DNA of 64,000 nt, taken from Narcine bancroftii (Eukaryota). This document shows positions 42,001-51,000 of the stretch, in pieces. The notes beneath the pieces are model-generated. The model saw only the letters and a program-made list of their open reading frames with translations. It made no database searches and was not told where the DNA came from. Each line of letters starts with the position of its first letter. Positions within the stretch are counted from its first letter, which is position 1. The position numbers were made by a program, and so were the translations under genes. The DNA is taken from the NCBI RefSeq assembly GCF_036971445.1, contig NC_091482.1:68758001-68822000 (forward strand). Reading direction: 5' to 3'.

Positions 42001-45000
42001 TCTACCTCCATTTCTGCTGCTACTGCCCACTCTTCCATCTTGTCCATTTTCTTTCCCATTTCTGTTAAGGTCATCTCCATTTTATTTATTTTCTCTTCTG
42101 TGTTGTTTATTCTTTTTCTTAAATCCTTAAATTCCTGTGTTTGCCATTCTTTAAATGACTCCATGTATCCTTTAATAAGAGCAAGTATATCCTTTACCTT
42201 GCCTATCTTTTCTTCTTCTATTTCACCATACTCTTCCTCTTCTTCTTCCTCTGGGTTGACCATCTGTTGTTTCTTTGTTGCCCTTTCCTCCTCTTCTTTC
42301 TATTGTCTTCTGTGGTCTTTTCTTGCAGCAGGTGTTCTGCAGCTGTCGTTGCCGGCTGTGGAGATCGACTCCCCAGCTGGTCCCCCCTCCCGTCGGTGTG
42401 TTTTTTTTCATTCGCATCGCGCATGCGCGAAGTTTCGCGCATGCGCGGTTGCGCACTTTTACTCGGCTCTGCGAGCCATTTTTGTAGTCCATTATTTACC
42501 GACCTGAGGGAGCGGGTTTCTCTCTCCGCAGCGGGCCTCTTCGGACAGGTAAGGCCTTCACCTTTTTCCTCCTTTGTCTTCTCTTCCTCTCTTCTTACCA
42601 TTGCTTTCGACTTTTCTTTTTTTGTCGCCATCTTCTTTCCACCTTTATACTCACTTTTCTGTAACTTTTATTTCTGTGCCTTTGTGTTTTCTCTTGTTTT
42701 TCCCGACTTTTCTGGAGAGGGCTGGAGTTCACCGTCCGGCCACTACTCCATCACGTGACTCCTCGACTATTTTTTTAATGCACTGATCTCCTCTCCCGCT
42801 TGACATCTTATCCCAATTCCAGCATTACTTCACTTGCTTCATCCCCCTTTTTTTTTTAAACGAGCTCTTTGGTGCCTTGTATCGCTGCCCTTCAAGGTAT
42901 CTTAGTTACAGTAAAACAAAAACAGTTAACAGAAACAGTCCTCTATTATACCTTCAGATATTTGAGGAGTTCACGACCAAGGTCATGGTCTAATTTGATA
43001 GCAAATACAACATGAAGAATGATGGTCCCTTCTATGTGACGGAGCTGGTCTTTTGGCACAGTGACAGCCTCTAACTCCACGGAACTATAAAAACAAAAAT
43101 CAAAGCACAATTCAGCACATGAAAGGAAATAAGAAGCAATTCAGGGAGCAGGAAAACCAACGCTTCTGCAACATTCCTGAGATATTACCAGAAACAGAGA
43201 GGGGACATGTTGAATGTACTGAAAAAATAAGAAGCATCTACGCTTTATCACCATTGAATAATTCACTGGGTTAAAGAGCATTATGCTGAGATTCGTACAA
43301 CCTTCACTGTTTGGATTAACACAGGAAAAACACAGGCGGCTGAGTTAGCGCAACGGTGTTGCAGCACCAGCGAACGGGACCAGGGTTCAAATCCCGAGCA
43401 GTCTGTCTGGAGTTTGTACATTCTCCCTATGTCTGCATGGGTTTCCTCCCACCACTCAAAATGTACCAGGGGTTGTAAGTCAATTGAATAAGGGCTCGTG
43501 GGCCGAAAGGGTCAATTATTGTGCTGCGTGTCTAAATGTAAAATTTAAATCATGGACATTCAAGTGAAAAATAGTTCAAACTCACTCAGTTGCCATCTGT
43601 TCTTCTTTTTGTAATTGATCTTGCTGATGGAAAAATGTTATGATCCCTTCTAAAAGAGTTTTCTTACAACCCTGTTGAACAAGAAGAACAATTACCAAAT
43701 ATCATTAAGTTTATTGTCAACCTGCCGAAACAGCGTTCTCCGGTCCTCGGTGCAGAACACAAGAACACAAAATGAGACAATACACACACAAAGAAATACA
43801 ACTGATATACAGGACAAGTATTCATATATGCAAATAAATAAATATTGTGTTGCTAATATGAGTCTTGGATGGTTAGTTCGAGTAGTTCCTTTGGTTTTTC
43901 AGCATTCTCACTGCCTGTGGGAAGAAGCTGCTCCTCAGCCTGGTGGTACTGGCTCTGATCCTCCTGTATTCCTTTCCCAACAAGAGCAGCTGAAAATGTT
44001 GTGTGTGGGGTGGAAGGGTCCTCAATGATTTTGTGCACCCTCTTCAGACAAGGACCCCGGTAGATCACATCAATGGTCCAGGGGGTACGAAGACTCCAGT
44101 GATTCTCTCTGTCACTCTTATGGTCCTGTGAATTGATCTCCAATCCATTTCTCTTCAGCAACCGTACCACACTGTGATGCACTCAATAGAGCTCCTGTTG
44201 AAGGTTGACATTATGGTGGCCGGTAGCCTTGCCCACTTCAGTCTTCTCAGAATTTAGTCGCCGTTGCACCTCCCTGACCAGTGAGGGGATGTTGAGTGTC
44301 CATGATAGGTCACTAGTTAAGTGATCTCCAAGAAACTTGGTGTTATCCACTTTCTCCAATACAGAGTTGATGTGTAGTGGAAGGTGGTTGTCCTCCTGAA
44401 GTCCACGATCATTTCATTTGTCCTGTCCACACTGTGACTCAGGTGGTTATTCTCGCACCATCTCCAACTGCAATACCACGATTATTACGTATTCTTTCTC
44501 AGCAAAATATGACAAGCCTGTAATTATTAATTAATCTCAACAATCATTATGAAGGACCAATATCCTCCATCAAATTATCAACTGCCAAAAACCAACAACA
44601 CCTTTTCTACTATCCTACCTTAGCAGAGAGGAGTAGTAACTGGTATACCAGCGGAGGAAGCTCCTGCAAGTCTACCTTGGGGAACATCTTCAGCACTTTT
44701 ATCACAACGAACTGAAGCTCTTCTGTACTGACTTGGACATCCCTTTAGAAATGAGAGTGAACAAGAACAAGCACTTACTCACAGTGTAATGAAATTCATT
44801 CAATGAAGAAGTTATTTCCCCCAAAAAATAATAGTGATTAAACTGATCGAACCATATATAGTTTACCTAAACATGGATGTGAGGTGAATCACACACTTTG
44901 GATCCCATCTGAAAAATATTCAAAATACATCATATATTAAAAAAAAAATCAAGAATGTAGCCACTTCATTAATTTATCAAAAAATAATTCCAAAAACCAT

Positions 45001-48000
45001 CTAAACACAATTTATAGCTCTTGCATACCCAATAAAATAGAGGCTGGAGGAGGGAGTAGAATGATTGGGATCCATTTCCAGGCTTCAGGATGGGCATCCC
45101 TCAAAAAGACTTTGCAGTGGCACAGTTGAATGGAGCTAAATAATCCTGTGGCCAGTTCTACCGGCATTAGGCTGATAGTGGAAATGTCTACAGGATTATT
45201 TAGCTCCATTCAACTGCTCCACTGCAAAGTCTTTTTGAGGGATGCCCATCCTGAAGCTGACTTTCCTGTTTAACTATTTATCAGGGAACTCCTTTAATCA
45301 TTTTCCTACAGTAACTCACTTTCCAGCTTGTGTATGCACATGCTGGAGAAAACGGTGAGAGCTCTACAGACATTTTGAAAGCTATTATCAACCATTCAAA
45401 ATGCAGATAGACCTGGTCCTGGAACAGTTTAATCCTGAAATTGGTGACATTTTTGCAAGAGTATTGCACATGATGTTAGGTTCAACAAAATACAGAAGCT
45501 TAAGGTTTCAGATAAGAAATGTTCTAGTTCATGAGATTTTGCTCCTCTGTAAAACCCGTTCAAGCAACCAGCAGAAATAATTACAAAAAAAAATTTAAGT
45601 AAAAAGTAAGAAGTTTAAAAGTGGCGTTCCTCGCCAATCACGCAGCATGCAATCTTAAACAACCAGATAATTCACTTATCCGACGTCGGCCAACCCCCCA
45701 GAGGTGTTCGATACTTGGGGTTTTACTTTATTTAATTCCGACACAGTTCCATGTAACAATACGGTACTTTGGTATAGTCAGACAAGCTTCTACTTGCCTA
45801 CTGGAGCATAAAGTGTTCAACAATTGCTTCTTGTATTCTTCGCCACATAACTGACCTGGCAAAACATAAGCAGAATAAAACTATGTAATGTTATACATGG
45901 CAAACAGCTAAAATAATTTAAAACATAGATTTCTCAAATGACAAGAACATTTTAAGCAAGATTATGGAACGAAACACAATACATGCCTCATTTCTTGCAG
46001 TAAACTAATTTTTCCTACCTCCGCCATAATTTAGGTTTTCTTGAGAAGCCAGAACGGTCAGTATCGGAGGGAATAGATCGAGTGATTTGCCATTAATAAT
46101 ACTGCCTTCTTTTATGGCATCAACATAAAGACTTGCTAGTTCAGCTAGTGTGGATCCAGGCAGCTGGTGAGCCTAAAATCAAGACTTCAAATGATGAGAA
46201 CAATATTCATGATGCAACAACTTACGATTCCACTATTACGTGGTTAGCGAAACACTAATTATAGCACCAGCGACCAGGGTTAGAATCTGGCATTGTCTCC
46301 AAGTAGTTTGTACTTTCTCCCCGTGTCTGCATGGGTTTCTTCCAGGTCCTCTAGTTTTCTCCCACTCTTCCCAACGTACTGGGGTTGTAGGTCAATTGGA
46401 TGCAATTGGGCTAGAAGGACCTGTTACCATGCTATCCGTCTAAATTAAAAGTATACACTCTATCATCTTTTTAATTCCCAGCTTAACCATGGTACACCAG
46501 TCCCAGGCACAGAGGAAGTGATGTACATTATTTCTTGTGGTTCTGGAACAATAGATCGGATTCTGAATCCCTTAACAGTTGGGAATTAAATGAATCTTGG
46601 TTTAAAAGAAAGTTAGTACAGGTTTATAATCTCTTATCCAAAACCCTTGGGACCAGACTCTTTTCAGATAAAAGTACGTTAAGTCATTGTGCTGACTTCA
46701 GATTTGCACAAAGACTCATTCCAACTAGAAGGGACTGTGGACAAGGGTGGGAGTTGCAGTGGCACTGGATTGGGGGGTGGGGGTGGCAAATGAAGTGAGA
46801 TAGATAGATCATAAAATTAGTAGCGCACTTTTTAATTTTAAGTAAAACATACAGTAAAACTTCAAACAAAAACTAGCTCAAAAAATTTATCTTTCTGCTA
46901 CTTTATGCAGTTCCCGCACCATAATCTTCAGTAAGAAGCCACAATCAAGCTTCTGCAGTAACTCTATTTTCTGCGCTATTGACAACAACAGACGCTTCCT
47001 TTTCTGCTTCCCACAGAGGACTCTGCTGCTCTTTTTGATATTTTCACCGCCTTCAAAGTCTGTGAGAAGCAGAGGCAAGTCTGACTGGTAAGAGCACTGA
47101 GACATGGCGCTGGACGGGGATAGCTCATGTTGGGTCATGTTTGGAGTGCAGATGGCAGAGTGCAGAGGGGTTTCACTATTTAGAATTTTGGATAAAAGAT
47201 TATGTACCTGTATCACCAATAGTGAAGCACATTTCCATTTAGTTAACTAATATCTTTCATTGAAAGCGTGGACCTGTAAATATTCTACAAAACTGTCAAG
47301 GGATAATAAATCCATCAACAACTACATTGGTGCTGCTTCCTGTATTATGAAGAGCTTGTCAACATAATATATTTTGCTGCAACTTTTCATCCCAACCTCA
47401 AATTCACTTGGTTCGTTTCTGGCATGCTCTCCCCATTCTAGATCTCTCTGCCTCCATCCCAGGAGATAAACTCTCTACAGATATTTTCTACAAACCAACT
47501 CCCACAGTCACCACTCCACACCCTGTCCCCTGAAAAGAATCTACACCTTTCTCTCAATTCCTCTACCTCTATTACACCTGCTCCTAGGATGTCCACCTTC
47601 TTTAAAAAACGTGGCTTCCCCTCTACTGCCATCAACTCAGCCCTTAACTGCATCTCCTCTATTTTCTGCACATCTGCCCTGGCCTCCTCCACCCCTAAAC
47701 ACAAGGCTAGGATTCCCCTTGTCCCCACCAGGCTCCACACCCACCATAATTGTCACGATAACGTGATCCCACTACCAGACACATTTTCCCCTCCCTTCTC
47801 CATCTTTCATAGGGACCGCTCCCTCTATGATTCTCTCATTCACTCACCACAGACATTTTCCATTAAACCCCTCCTGAGTCTCTCTCTTTCCCTCTGACTC
47901 CTTTTCTGCAGCTCCCACCCCTTCCCTTCTCTCTCCATTCAGAGCTATCCACTCACTATTCACTTCTCAGCTTTTTTTCTGTTCCACTCATTTCCATTTA

Positions 48001-51000
48001 CGTGTTGGCCCGTACTCCTCCCCCTGTCCCTTCCTTCCTTCTCTCCCCACCTTTTTATTCAGGCGTCTGTCTGCTTTTTGCTCATACCTTGACAAAGCCC
48101 GAAACATTGGTTACCCTTTACTTCCCATAGATGCTGAGTTTTTCCAATGACCTTTTGCTCATTGCACAATAATAAATGCCGGCCTTTCTAGCAGAAGTCA
48201 CATTCCATGAATGAATACAAAGAAAGTCAACAGCTCTCACTTGATAAATACTCGAGTTTTAGATTTGCAGCTTTAATAAAAAGGACACCATTATTTCATT
48301 GTGAACAATGGCTGTCAACCAAATCATCTTCCTCAAGTAAAGCTTACATAAAAAGTGGATGAATAAAACTGTACAAAATTATTTTACATTCAAAGCCTAA
48401 GCAGTTGCACATTAAACTAAATCTTGTCACTTCACAGGCATTTATTTTCCAATTCAGAGCGCAGCCAACAATCACTCGCCCAATTATCACTGATCACCTT
48501 ACAAAACCTTGATTCACCTAAACTTCTGCTGCCCATGACCTCTCTATTGACCAATCAACTATTTTGATCTCCATTGTGGCTCCAATTTTAAAAAGTTGTG
48601 TTCTTTTCCAAATTTCTTTATGACCTATTTCCTCGCTTGTGAGCTTCCATGTTCCTTCACAAAATGAACATATAACTGGTTTTGTGGTTGATTTACTTAA
48701 TTAGAAGCAAATATTTTTAAAAAAACCTTAAAACTACATTTTTAGGAGATACTAAAAGGACTTTCTATCTACAAGACTGCAGATATCTCAAACCTACCAA
48801 TATTCTTCCCGCATTGGTTCTTTCACTGGAAGCATGTCTAATTAACTCATGGATCAATTTATCATCCCAGGTTCAACAGACTTCCAAATGAATTAATCCC
48901 AAACCACAATACATTGCTTACCAAAATACCATCCATCTTCTGTTCTTAGCTTACTTTCTCCTTCCTTTGGAAATCTCTCCCCAGTGATGAAAATTACTTT
49001 CCAAATCTACCATATCAGAACCTGTTTTCTTCAAGTTAGGAGGCAAATTAAGTCCCTTCATTAGAGCCTTTTGTTCGACCACAAATTATTCACAGTGAAA
49101 AACAAATGAGCTTTTTGTGTGGGATATGAAGGAACGAATTTTTACAGTCTAATCAAATCAGTAAAAAGTTAAATACCTATGGAAGCAGAATTTCGACAAG
49201 GGTTATATAATTTCACTAGGGCACAAAATACTATCTCTTCCTCAGCATATGGGCCACTTTTCCATTGTTTTGACTGCATTGTATATTTAGAGTCTGTCTA
49301 ATAAATGCTGGACACATTTCTTACCTCAAGCATCAGTAAACCAATCAAATCTGTTGCTATATCTGATTGAAGATCTCCTGATTCAACCAGCTGCATGCAG
49401 TGCTTGTAAACAAAAAGCCTCCGACAAACTCCTTCATTTTTAGAGCACGGGGACCCTAAAAAAGCAGAAGGTACAAAGACGTATTATGAAAAAAATCAGT
49501 GAATTAATTACAAGTCAAGGACCATGTGCTCAGAATTGAATGAGATCAAATTTATTTTCCTTTTATTACATGGTATCATAGAATGACTAGAGCACGTGTC
49601 TATGCCAGTTCTCTGCAATAACGAGTGTATGGTTCCATTTACTAGCCCAAAATTATTCTCCAACATATATTTATCTAAAAGCCACAATTCAACACGCCTG
49701 CAGATAAATTCCAAGTATTTTTGATGGGCATAGATTAGGTGAATGGAAGCTGTCTATTTTTTCCCCCTGGAAGAGGAAGCTAAAGCTAGAGGGAATACAT
49801 TTAAGGTCAAAGGGAAAGATTTAAAAGGGATCTTTGAGGGGCAACTTTTTCATTTAATTTTTTTAAAATTTAGACATACAGCACGGTAACAGGTCACTTC
49901 AGCCCTCGAGTCCATGCCGCCCAATTTACACCCCCAGTACGTTTTGAATGGCGAGAGGAAACCGGAGCCTCCAGAGAAAACCCACACAGACAAAGGGAGT
50001 ACATACAAAATCCGTATAGATAGCACGGAATATCAAAAAAAAACAAACCATGATTACTTGATTACTTCACATCAATTCGTTGCTCATGAAAAATAAAATG
50101 AACAGCTGATATTCTGGGACAAAACGGGGAAGCAATGCCTTTATAGCACCAGTGATCAGGACAGGGGTTCGAATCCCACGCTATCTGAAAGGAGTTTTTA
50201 CGTTCTCCCAGTGTCTGCAAGCGTTTACCCCGGGGGCTCAGGTTTCCTCCCACTGTTCAAAACGTACCAGAGTATAAGTTAATTGGTGTAAATTGAGTGA
50301 CACGGATTTGTGGGTCGAAAAGGCCTGTTACCGTGCTGCATGTCTAAAAACCTATAAAAAATGAAAAGCCCTGCTTCAGGATTTGGTCTAGATCCCTGCA
50401 TCTGCAATCTTTTGTGTCTCTGGAGTTTTCTTGAAGATGTGACTTGGAGCAAAAGGAAGTGGTATATTTATTTAGGCTCTAAGAGGGCATTTAATAAGAT
50501 CCCATACAGGAGGTTAATCAATGAGGTTAGGGTGCCCTGAGTCAGTGTAATATACTAAGAGTTGAGTTTGCAAGAACAGAAAGATCTCTGACAAGCTTAA
50601 GAAGAACCAACCTTTAAAAATAGCTCTGACAAGTATTCCAATTTCTTTCCCTTTCAACGCATGACTTGTTATTAGAGAGCAAACCTGAAAGAAATGAGTA
50701 ATTAAATTCAAAATAAAATTTTAGATTGAAGAGATATAAGGAATACATTTCAGAGGCTTAATCTTACAAGTCACATCATTCCTATAAACTATTTGGTCAA
50801 ATAAAACTGGTTTTGGAGAAAACAAGGCACAAAATGTATACCTTTGAAATGTGTATTTGAATGCAGCATACATGTAATTTTTATACATGCTGAAGACCCA
50901 ACTGCGCTGGGTGGGTCACGTCTCCAAAATGGAGGACCATCGCCTTCCCAAGATCGTGTTATATGGCGAGCTCTCCACTGGCCATCGTGTCAGAGGTGCA

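Noticed and set aside
42218-42631. 137-aa ORF upstream of L1 ORF1 as a separate gene
   Set aside because: Low-complexity, lies within the 5' UTR/promoter and has no recognisable domain; cannot be supported without copy comparison
45798-45802. Canonical GT donor 4 nt inside exon 6
   Set aside because: Breaks frame with exon 7
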